A stretch of DNA of 64,000 bases from Felis catus. Its lineage: Eukaryota. This document shows, in pieces, positions 9,131 through 19,860 of this stretch; within the stretch, counting starts at the first letter, position 1, and the number at the start of each line of letters is the position of its first letter. The notes under the pieces are model-generated. The model saw nothing but the letters and a program-made list of their open reading frames with translations, had not been told where the DNA came from and did no database searches. The stretch is from assembly GCF_018350175.1 (NCBI RefSeq), contig NC_058375.1:28086001-28150000 (forward strand), read 5' to 3'. The position numbers were made by a program, and so were the translations under genes.

Positions 9131-11839
9131 AGGACGTCTGAGAGCACAGAGCAGGCGCCGGGTATGTGGTGTGAGGACACAAGTGTGCATGGATGTGCAG
9201 GTGTATGCATGTGGCTTCCTGTGGGTGTGTCCATGTGGCTTCATGCACAGGTGTGCACGCTTGCACGTACACCTTGTGTGTGCTTTGTGTATGTGGGGGC
9301 ACACGCAAGTGTATGAAGCAGCAATTCCTTTGAGTCTCCGTGGGACACCAGCTCATGGCCTCACCCAATCCACTGTGCAAGGGGCAAGAGAGTAGGGTGG
9401 CCGAGTGGGCTTAGGCCGCCTCTCCTGCACCCAGATCCTTCCTCTTGCTTGCTGCAGAGGCCTCCTAGCTAGTCCAACTCCCCTATATACCTACAGGGAA
9501 ACTGAGGCCCAGAGAGTGGAGCCTTGCGCTGGTTCACACAGCAAGGAGGAAGCTTAACCGGGTCCAGGATTATTCTGGTCTCCCGGGTTTCCTCTACTCT
9601 AGGGACTTCACTGGCCACTTGGGTGAGGACAGCGAGGGATGGAGGGGGAGGTACATCTGACCTCATATGGCTGGAGCTCCCGTGTGAACAGCCCTTAAGT
9701 TACTCACTTAGTCTTCGTCCACGAACTGAGCACCTACTGTATGTCAGGCCCTGGGGGTTCTCTAGCTTGGCTGAGGGCTGGGGGTTGGTCACAGGTGCCT
9801 CTGGGAGAGGCTGGGTCCTCTGGAGGAGAGGAGTGCCGGATGGTGGCCTCTCTATGCCCCTCACCAGGCAGCCTCTGAAACAGAGCCCAGGACAGAGCAC
9901 TCCTAGGAACCATGGGCTGCCAAAGGGTCCACCTTTGGCTCTGTTGGCATCGCTGTCACAGCCGGTGACTTTTCTCACAGAGACCTCATGGCTCGTCCCT
10001 CATGTGACTCCCTGGTGAGTGGGCCAGGCTAGGGCTCCCCGCCCCCCCAACCCCCGCCCTGTGGTGAGCTTGCCAGGGGGAAGGCAAGGGGGAGGACAGG
10101 TTTGTTATGTCTCTGGGCTGCCCAGGACCTGGCACAGACCCTGGCACACAGCGGGCGCCCCTCCAGCACAGGACTGGAACATTAGTGAACGTCTGAGATA
10201 TTGAAGTGAGCCAGAAAAAATGAAGCCAAGAAGACTGTTCACATCCAGGTGTGGGTATCAGTTACTCTACATGAATGGTTCCCTCTACCTGCCTGTCCTC
10301 GTGTCCTCGTTAGTAAAATGGAGCATATTATCCACATGGCAGCTGCTGTGAGTCTCGGAGGAGGTGATGTACAACAAGTGTCCGGCACATAGCTTGTGGG
10401 TCCACACCTTCTTGTGGGTCCTGGGTTTCCTGGAGGGGTTTGCCCAGTGAGCAAGGAGCCAGGAAATAGCTCATGGCCACATAGATGCCTGGAAGCAGGG
10501 GAGTGGATGAGATCTCTTGCAGCGCCTCCAGGGCAAGGAGTCTGGGCACATTTATCCATCCTTCCGTGGTGGTGGGCTTGGGAGTGAAGGACCCCTGGGG
10601 CTCCCAGGTCAGGCACCAGTTCCTGCAGTTCCCCATCTAACCTCTAGATGGCAGCATTGGCGAGCAGGAGCCGAGTGGGAGAGGACTGGAGGGGGCTGGG
10701 CCAGGCGGGATGGGCTAAGGCAGGCTACCCGGCTCTCCAGTCCCCAGGCCCCCGCACCTCCCCACTGTCTGTGAGCAGAACACGGAGGGGTGCGGGGTAG
10801 GGGAGACGATCTCTTGAGAATTCTTGGACTGGGGAGGAAGACTTGTCCCTTCTCTTCTTGAGACAGCCCCTCTGGGAGTTTAAGATTTCCAGCTCTGGGG
10901 TCTGGGCATCCAGGCAGGACAGGAATGGCTGCAACCTCTTTTCTCAAAGATCCTTCTACCCTTAGGAGTGGGGCCTTCAGAGGTGTAGGTGGGAGGAGGT
11001 CTCTGGCAGAAGGGCAGGGGGCACCCATGCAAGCGGGAGATGCCTAGCAGCTCCCGCATGTGCCGTAATGGGACCAGGGCTGAGCGCTGGAAACCCATCC
11101 TTTCTGCCCCACGTTTCTTGGCATCCCCTCCTCACTCTCTCCCTTTACCCAGGAAGCCTGCGAGGAGCAGATGGGAACTGTCAGCAGCTCATTAGGGTTA
11201 CAGATGGGGAGCTGGGAGTGAAAGAGGGAGGAAGGGAGTTGGAGGGGTAGACTTGTTGGCCAGGCCCCTTGCGGAGCCCCAGGCCTGGCCCGGCAGGGGT
11301 GGCCATGGCCCCATATTCCCTTCTCAGCCCCTCCCAGCCCCAGGGGAAGTCCGGGGGTTCTCCAGGCAGCTGTATCTGGAAGTAACGTGGATGTGAGGGT
11401 GGGGGCTGAGGAGCCGCAGGCCTCCTGGCCTGGAGAGAGCTGGATGGAAGTGTCCCTCCTCACTCCTGCCATCCCACCACGTCTCTGGACTTCCCAGGGC
11501 TGGGGGCCGGAGGCACCCCCAGATCACAGGGGAGAGGGGACCAAGGGCCATCCTCAGCCAGTGGGTGCTCTGGGGAGACAGCAGTGGGTGAGTCTAGACT
11601 ATGGGGCTCTGAGTTGCTTGTGAGCTCCAGTATGCTGGGGTGGGGGGCAATTACTTAAAGATAGAGAACGTTCAAGGGATAGGTGCCACCAGCATCTTGG
11701 CCACGAACAGTGAAGCGCCTGGGCAGTGGGTAGCAGCCAGGGCCAGGACCCAGGAGGCCCGGGTATGGGCATCTGTCTGGTCTGCTCCTGATTCCTGGTG
11801 GCCCTTTCTCTCAGCCTTAATTTCACCATTTGGTAAATA

Positions 11840-11865
11840 ACAACAACAACAACAACAACAACAAT
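11840..11865 (+). repeat. (AAC)n microsatellite between two MIR pieces
   Basis: About 8 AAC units. Confidence 0.9.
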
Positions 11866-12093
11866 AAATAATGGCTCCCATTCACTTACACAGGACACAG
11901 GACACAGGACACAGCATTTTACATATATTATTTTATTTAATACTCGTAACCAGCCTATAGATACTTGGAGGGGGCAAATGACTTGACCAAGGTAATACAC
12001 AAAGAAGCAAGAACTCAGACCAGGGGCACTAGCTCTTTCCCCATGTCTTCCAGGAGGCTTAGGAGTGGGTGACTGAGGAGGGGGGAGGTCATT

Positions 12094-12238
12094 TTAAGGT
12101 TCCACATTTAGCCAACGAAAGTACAGGATGCCCGATGACATTTAAATATGAAATAAATTTCTAAGTGTGAGTATACTCCATGCAAAATTTGGGACATACC
12201 TATACTTCAAAATTATTTGTTGTTTATCCGGCAACCCT
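12094..12238 (+). mobile_element. MER53 (hAT MITE)
   Basis: aggttccacatttagc..acaggatgccc...atttgggacatacctatact..aattatttgttgtttatc.ggcaaccct. Confidence 0.8.
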
Positions 12239-13339
12239 GGTCAATATAATGCATTTTATTGTGCACTTACTAACTGCCAGGCAGTGAAAGTCCGAGTGGA
12301 AGAGAGCAGAGGTCTATGTGGGTCATGCCCAGGTTTTACTCACTGTTAGGGATGCCTCTTTGGGCTCTGTTTCCTCGTCTATAAAATGAAGAAGAACCCC
12401 TTCCTCCTTCCTCCGAAGGATGACGGGAGCATCCAGTGCCTCAAGGGATGTGGGTGGCTTTGCAGAATCCAGAGAACTTTGCCAAGATGAGCCCTGGTCT
12501 GGTTCGTAGTGGATGCCAGCCTGTCCCCAGTCCCCTCCCTGTCTCCTGGGCATCCGTCAGTGAGCTCCCCTGCCCACCTCCATCCATAGCTCTACAGATG
12601 CCGATGAGGAGGGGGCTGCGTCTACGCTAGAGCCTAGCAGTGCTTCTCAGGAAATCGGTGGTCTCTTAACCTCTTGGGGAGGTGCCCTGGCCAGCAATGG
12701 GCCTGAAGGGCCTGTGTCTGCACCGCAATGCCACCATTGTCTAGCCTGGGAAGCATCTGGCCCCTCAGAGTCTCAGTTTCCTCATCTGTGGTGGGGGAAG
12801 AAAGGATCTCCATCTCACGGGTCAGGGGAAGAGTGCAAAGAAATGGCAGAGTGTGGATGCCCAGGACGTGCTGGCTCTGCCCCGCCGCTGGCTGTGTCTT
12901 GTGGCCAGGGACACACATCGTGTCACTGCCCTGGCCAGTTCACTTAAAAAGACCACGTCATGACGATCGTCTGCCATAGGTGGATGATTGAGTGGATAGC
13001 CGTGGTTTCCCAGTGGTCTGGGCTGAGGTTTGTCTGCTGCTGTAAGGGACAGGGACACTCGGATGTGCTGTCACTGGCACCTTGGCACATGGAGCCACAC
13101 ACGCAGACACACACATTCTGTCAGCACACTCACACTTGGCACACCCACACAGATAGGGGGCTTCTCGATTGATTCATCTCCTCTCCACTGTTTGCCTGGG
13201 GTTCTCCCTTTGGTCTGTGCACCGTGCTTCCTGGGCACCCACTGCACACCCACCCTGCCTGTCCTGGGATCCTGGTGCCACAGGCTGGGTTACAGGCTTG
13301 CATGGGACCACTTGAATTTGGTCTCCAAATTCACTTACA

Positions 13340-13925
13340 CCCGTGGCACTCATTGTGCAACTTAAGTAATCAGTAAAATCAAAATAAAATCAGTAAACAT
13401 CAGTAAAATCAGTAAAATCAAAATATTGTGAATGCACAAAAAGTTGATTGTAGAAAAAGTTGATTGTAGAAAAAAATGGAAGTTTTCAGAAAGACTCTAT
13501 CAAGGTGAATTGCTAAAAAAAAAAAAAAAAAAAAAAATTTGCCGTCCCATTAGGTGCGGATAAGCTTGGAAACGAAATTGTAAAAATCTAGAAGATTCAG
13601 CACTCACATCACTTCACAAGTGTCTTTTACGCTCATGTGCCACTTTAGAGAAATCGAAATTGGAAATTGAGGATGATGTGTTGGGGGTTTAGTTTACCCA
13701 ACAAATATGACGCCTCTCCCATCAGCAGACCCACAGGCAAAGGCAAGACTTTGGTCCTGCGCTAAAGAGAATGAAAAAGGCAAAAAACTTACATGCCGTG
13801 AATTGAAGTAAAATGTTGGAGCTCCGAAGGTGAGTATTTTTAAAATGATTTCCCCCAGAACCATTGTTTTTGGATTAACCCACCACCCCAAACGAATGGT
13901 CTTAGTTTAATCGGAAGGCTTGTAT
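13340..13925 (+). mobile_element. Tigger (TcMar) remnant, Tigger13a-like
   Basis: gaaagactctatcaaggtgaattgctaaaaa..ttaggtgcgg..gtaaaaatctagaag..caagtgtcttt..ggattaacc; decayed transposase N-terminus with local duplications. Confidence 0.7.
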
Positions 13926-14249
13926 AAAAGGACACGTCTGGACACGTTCACTGCCATACGCCCTTCTAAGCAAATCCACGCGTACACATCCCAACCCCCG
14001 CACACGCACACATCCTTGCACACACGCAGATACGCAAAGGCACGTACACTCAGCCAAACAGTATACTTGCGCACAGACCCATGTGTGCACACGCTCTCAC
14101 ACCCCCAGGCTCCAGTGGACACACGGATGCTCACACATAGTGAGTCACAGGCACACTCCCTCAGTTGGTAGCTCACGCACACCTGGGCACACGCGTGCGT
14201 ACGCACACAAGCTGAACCTGTTTTTTTTTTTTTTTTTTTCCTTTTGCAG

Positions 14250-14301
14250 AACGGTCAAGGCAATAAGCAGAGGTTGGTTTTTTAATCAGAAATTCACACT
14301 T
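14250..14301 (+). other. Candidate 52-nt plus-strand noncoding exon
   Basis: gctgaac branch-like motif, long T tract, ttttgcag|aacgg acceptor; ctt|gtgagt donor. Confidence 0.25.
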
Positions 14302-14669
14302 GTGAGTTTTTCTCCACTTGGCCCAGTGGGAGGTTGTGGAGGAAGGTGGAGGAGCGTGGGGAGGGAACTGGTGGGAGGAGGCAGGCCTCCAGGCTAGATT
14401 CTTTAAGCTGGCACCCGGCTGGGGAGACATGTGGCCATGCAGGTGAGCTAGACTCCAGCTGTATTATCCAGTGCCCTGCTCTGCTTTTATGTAAAATATA
14501 GCCAGGACCACCTCAGAAGGTGGCCCTGCTGAAGCTCCAGGAGGGAGGTGGGGGCAGCGACTCCAAATGAAAAAGGGCAGTGGGCTTCCTGGGGATCTAG
14601 GGCTGGAAAGGTCTGTTTAGTCCAGGTTGTTGCCAGAGGTAGGGACATTCCACTGGGGAGTTCTCTGGT

Positions 14670-14796
14670 CTGGGGCTTCCCCAAGCTGGCCTCAGGGGCA
14701 CCACCTCAGACCTCCTGCATCTCTGGGAGTCCGGCTAAAGAATCTGCCTTTTAAAAGTTCCTTAGGTAATTCTGCTGAGCAGTAAGGTTTGGAACC
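14670..14796 (+). mobile_element. MER5-family (hAT-Charlie) fragment
   Basis: gaatctgccttttaaaagttccttaggtaattctg...ggtttggaacc. Confidence 0.6.
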
Positions 14797-14920
14797 AACC
14801 CCTGATGGGAGCATATCCGGCTGCAGTAGAAAGACTTCCCTCTGGAGACCCCCAGGGACACACTGTCTCCTGGTACCTTCGGAATCCTGTGTGATCTTGG
14901 CCAGGAGTGGGGAGATTTCT

Positions 14921-15150
14921 TTTTTTTTTTAATATTTTTTTTTCAACGTTTTATTTTTTATTTTTGGGACAGAGAGAGACAGAGCATGAACGGGGGAGGG
15001 GCAGAGAGAGAGGGAGACACAGAATCGGAAACAGGCTCCAGGCTCCGAGCCATCAGCCCAGAGCCGGACGCGGGGCTCGAACTCCCGGACCGCGAGATCG
15101 TGACCTGGCTGAAGTCGGACGCTTAACCGACTGCGCCACCCAGGCGCCCC
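14921..15150 (-). mobile_element. Young SINEC_Fc with perfect 18-bp TSD
   Basis: TSD aggagtggggagatttct at 14903-14920 and 15153-15170. Confidence 0.97.
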
Positions 15151-15352
15151 ATAGGAGTGGGGAGATTTCTAAGACAGGGTAGAGTGTCCCAGAACTCTGG
15201 GAGCTGGAAGGAAACTCATGCATGGGCCTTCTATTTTCATAAAAGGGGATACAGAGAACCAGAGGAAAAAGGACTTGCCCAAGGCCATTCAGGGAATCAG
15301 TGGATTGGTGGGATTTGAACCTGGGCCATCTGGTTCCAAAGCTCATTTTGGG

Positions 15353-15747
15353 TATCAGTCAGCATAGGCCAGGCTGTGCTGCCATAACAAATAACGCCCA
15401 AGTCTCCGTGGCTAAAAAAAAACAAAAACAAAGACCAAATTTCTCATGTCTGCGATATGTCCAGCAAGGGTCAACAGAGCCTCTCTTCATCATCACCCTG
15501 TTCTTAGTCAGCTGGTCAACAGGGCCGCTGCCATCTTGGATTTTGCCAGTAGCTGGGCTGAGGGAAAGAGAGTCCTGGAGGGCGTGGTGGCACTTAAATG
15601 CTCTGGCCCAGGATTGGCCACACCTCTAACAGAAGTGGCCAGAACTAGTTGCCTGCCTCACTTCCAACTCTAAGAAGTGCAGTCCTACCCCCTGCCATGA
15701 AGCGGGGAGAATAGGAAAAATTTAGTGAACGGCGCCTATCACCTATC
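15353..15747 (-). mobile_element. MaLR LTR (MLT1I/J-like)
   Basis: tatcagtcag..gctgtgctgccataacaa...ggccagaactagt..gaagtgcagtcctac. Confidence 0.65.
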
Positions 15748-16299
15748 TACTCTCTCCAACTCCCTGTCCCGGCCTCTCCAGCTTAGTTTCTGCACCTCCC
15801 AGCCTCCCCCCTCCCCCCCCCCCCCCCGCCCCATCCCCTTTTAGGTCCAGTGGCTCCTTCTCTTCATGTTCCAACCTAGGGATTTTAAGTTCCAGTCCTG
15901 GCTTTGCCTCTAACCCACTGTCCTGGGTGTTCCAGAGTCTGTCCTTTCTCATCCAGTGGGTCTCAGTTTGCCCATCTGTACACTGGGACTCTGCCTCCGA
16001 ATCTTGGCCCCTACTGCCTCTCGTGGGAAGTGTTTCTGGAGGCCTTTGCATGTTGAGACAACAGACCTGGGGGAACAGACTTTATTTTTCTTCCTTTCCT
16101 GTCCCTGTTTTAGAAGATCCCACATATGTTGGGCCTGAAGGCATCCCACGCGTCCTGGTTGCTGAAGGGGCTGCTGCTTCTGCCGGGAAAATCCCTTCCT
16201 GGAAGTGGGGAGCTCTCCCCAGAGAGGGGCCAGGGCAAGCTTGTCCCCTCCCTCCTCTTCATTTCCGTGGGGGTGGGGGCAGCTCCCAGGGCAGCAGGC

Positions 16300-16525
16300 T
16301 GTGGCTGGGCAGAGAATTCTGCCAGCTTCTCTTTGTCTCACCTGGAGACGGCCCAAAAAGTGTGCTTAATGTCTTGACGGATTTAGGTTTGATGTCTGGA
16401 AGGACTTCCTGGGAAGAAAAGTTATCGGATGGGAGCGGGGGTGGGGGGTGGGGGGGAGAGATGAAGGACAAGGGAATCTTCTCCATATAGATATAACTTT
16501 TAATTAGCCTGCAAACCTTAAACAT
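16300..16525. promoter_or_regulatory. Enhancer-like island
   Basis: CTTAATGTC, TTGACGGATTTAG, TTTTAATTAGC in non-repeat sequence. Confidence 0.25.
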
Positions 16526-16539
16526 CTCTCACATTTTAA

Positions 16540-16795
16540 AAGTCGTTGTTACTGTTACAAAAGTAATACGTCCTCACTATAAAAAACAAAATCCAGAAGT
16601 TTAAAGAATGCAGAGTGAATATCCTTCCTCCTCCAGACCCACCCTCCAGGGGCAACTTCAATCAGCAGCGTGGTGTCTATTCTTCCAGACCTTTCCGCAT
16701 ATACATACAGATAAAACCATAAGGTTTTAGAATTTCTTTCCTTTTTTTTTTTTTCTTTTTTGAAATAAATGGAATTGTGTTTTTGCATATAAATA
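16540..16795 (-). mobile_element. L1ME 3'-UTR fragment
   Basis: aaagtaatac..cactata...ggtgtctattcttccagaccttt...aaatggaattgtg. Confidence 0.55.
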
Positions 16796-17883
16796 CAGTT
16801 CTCTCACCCACTCATTCTTCAAGCGTGAACTGAGCCCCTGCCGTGCGTCTGGCCCTGTTTTAGGCCCCAGGCTTTGGCACAGACCTCCCTGCCTTAGCGT
16901 GGCCGAGGCGGGGGCTGCCGCTGGCTCTCGGAGAGGCTGGTGCCTCGGGAGGAGGAGGCCACTCGGCCGTGGGACTGGTTGTCGGTGGCCTCACCGGGGG
17001 GTGTCTGAAGCGGAGAAGGGGGCTGAGAGGCTGGGCCGGCTTCTCCTCAGATGGGTTGGCGGTGTGTGCCGGGGCTGGGGTCCAGGCCAGGTGGGGGACG
17101 GGGCAGCCAAGGTGTTCCCGGCTCTGACCGTGCAGGACTGCGTCCCCTTCATGGATCCGTGAAGCCGGCCACCTAGGGTTGGGGCCACATTTATTGAGTG
17201 CCACTGTATACTAAGGCTTTCTTACATGTTACTGAATCCTCTACACTAGCTCTGCTCTTTTGAGAGCTTCCCGAATTAAACGCCACCTCCTTCATGAGGC
17301 CTTCCTTGGGGCTTCCTTTCCCCTTCCTTGGGGATGGGTGGGTGTCTTTCTCTTGCTGCTCTGCTCTTCTCACTCTTCTGTGTACCCCCTTCAGAGCAAT
17401 GGCCTGCTTGCTGGTCCCCCTCCACACCGCGACCAGGTTTAAGGCTGTATCCACGTTTCTAGCGCATGGAAGACACCGACCGCAGCCTCCCACTGGCCTC
17501 GCACAGACTCAGGCCTCTGGGTGGGACCTGGGGTGGGGGTCTCCCCTCCCAAGTCTTTCCTCTCCTTTCACAGATGAAGGAACGGCTTCCCATTCCCTTT
17601 GACTTGCTCAGAGTGAATTGAGGAGGGAACCCCGGCTCCTGGGTCCCGCCAAGGGTCCAGGTTCTGACCTCTGGGCCTCACTCGCCCGGGGAGCTAACTC
17701 TGCCTCAGGGGTTCAGTGACTGGGGCCAGGAAGGGGGCGTCTTCCCCCTGCCGGCCTCCCCTCCTCCCCAGACTGTCTCCGTGACGGCCCCTGGGACAGA
17801 GCTGACCGGGCCTGGAAAGGCTGCGGTTCGCCCCCGCCCCCCACCTCGCCTCCTCCTTCGCCAGCGCCTCTCATTTTTCCTCT

Positions 17884-18039
17884 NNNNNNNNNNNNNNNNN
17901 NNNNNNNNNNNNNNNNNNNNNNNNNNNNNNNNNNNNNNNNNNNNNNNNNNNNNNNNNNNNNNNNNNNNNNNNNNNNNNNNNNNNNNNNNNNNNNNNNNNN
18001 NNNNNNNNNNNNNNNNNNNNNNNNNNNNNNNNNNNNNNN
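17884..18039. other. Assembly gap (156 N) in a CpG/GC-rich patch
   Basis: Run of N. Confidence 0.99.
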
Positions 18040-18190
18040 GGCAGCGGCACGGGGCGGGCGCGGGCGCGGGAGCTGTATTATCATTAGAATTTACATGACA
18101 CATTAGCCAGAAGTGGCAGCGTTCATCTTTCTAACCAAATCCCATTTACCAAATGAGCAGCCGACACTTGTTTTATCAGCTGGCTCTGTT
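18040..18190. promoter_or_regulatory. Enhancer-like island next to CpG-rich patch
   Basis: gggcgggcgcgggcgcggg followed by TATTATCATTAGAATTTACATGACACATTAGC, AAATCCCATTTAC, TTTTATCAG. Confidence 0.35.
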
Positions 18191-19344
18191 CTCCGAGCGC
18201 CTTTCTGCTCAGAGCGCTCCGAGTGGGCTGCTGGCCCTTTGGGCTGGGGAAGGAAAGGCCACCGGCACTTATTAAGCGCCCACTGTGTGCCAGAAACCTT
18301 CTTACTTGCTTCTGAATCCTCTTAATAGCCCTGTTGGGGAGGCAGTGTTATTACCCCCATTTTATGGACGGGGAGACTGAGGCTTAGGGAGGTGAGGCTA
18401 TGCTTTACTTTAGTTGTGCGTTGTTCTAGACCAACGATGATCGTAAACTTCAGAGGCTGGACCCTGAGGCCGGACTTCCTGGGCGCTCTTCCACTTGCTG
18501 GCTCTGTGGCCTTGGGCAGGTTACTTAACCTCTCTGGATCCCCCCCTTGTCCTCACCTGCCGCACGGTATTAATACCAGTATGTATATCAGGGCTGTTGT
18601 GAAAACCGTATAACCACACCGAAAGCAGAGTGATGAACACAAGTGAACACACAAGTGAGCGGTTGGTGTGATTTAGTTCTTGCTAGGGCTGCGATGGCGG
18701 CCCCACCAGAGGCGAGGAGTGTGCTAGGCACTCTTTGTCCACTCTCACGTCGTTTCTTCCGATGAGGGACTCGAGGCTCCGAGAGGCGAACCGGCTTGGC
18801 CAAGTTCACCCAGCTCCTGGGGGGTGAAGCTGTTTGCCGAGCCGGAATGGAGTCTCTTTTGATAGCAACACCTGTGTCTTTCTGGCCGTGCCAGCTGTTT
18901 TCCGGGCCCCCAAAGTTTTTCCTAAGAGCGAGATAGTGAAAGCCCTTGACAAAGGGCCTCTTTGAGCCCCTCCCCCCAGCCTTGCCTCCGCTCCGCTCCT
19001 CCCCTCTGCCTAGAGGCACCTGCAGGGGGGGGGGCAGGGGGTGTCGGCTCAGCCCTGCTGCTTTTGCCCTCAGGAGTGTCTGCCGCTGAGCTTATCACAC
19101 GTGCAGGGAGGTGGTGAGGGTTAATGGCAGGGAACCCCTGACTGAGCACCTACTATGCGCCGGGCCTGGGGCGAGACAGAGATGAATGAGATGCGGCCTC
19201 CAATGACAACACAAAGGGTATCGCTGACGGAACATGATTAATTGCAGAAGGGAGGACGCGGACAGCAGCGGGGCTGGTTTGCAGGTGGGAGAGTCCCGCT
19301 CGCTCTGATCCGCGAGCCCGAATCTCAGACGCTGTGAGGCAGGG

Positions 19345-19860
19345 TTTGTTCATTCATCCTGTGGATAGTTACTGGGTGCCTACTATGTGCCAGGCACTTT
19401 TTCCAGGTGCTTGGGGCTCTCCCTGGGGCCTCTGCTCCTGTGGAGTTTAACATTGTAAGCAGATGACAAAGAATAATGATGTAAAACCATGATAAGCTAA
19501 TTTCAGATGGCGAATGCTCCGGAGACAATGAAAAAGGCTGACGGGGCTGAGGGGAGGCGTTGTTAGATATTGAGGTCAGAGGAGGCCTCCCAGAGGAGGT
19601 GGAAGTGAACAGTGACCTGTATCAGGAGAAGGAGACAGCCATGCGAGGGTCACGTGTGTTCCAGGCAGAGCAAAGGTTCTGGAGGGAGGGATGAGCTTGG
19701 CGGGTCGTACAAATGGGCGAGCAGAGCATGACTAGCAGGGTGGTGCAGGGAGGGAGGCTTGGAAGGATGTGAGGTAGGAACGCAGACCCTGGACCCTGGT
19801 GGAGGGAGAGGGGACAGGAGGGGACGGTCGTAGTTTCCAGGTCTCCATGGTGACCCCACG
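19345..19860 (-). mobile_element. L2 3' portion
   Basis: ttcattcat..tactgggtgcctactatgtgccaggcact...gtgttccaggcagag. Confidence 0.75.

Noticed and set aside
13340-13925. Domesticated Tigger (TIGD/CENPB-like) gene
   Set aside because: Short, disrupted by a poly-A expansion and duplications, with no open frame.
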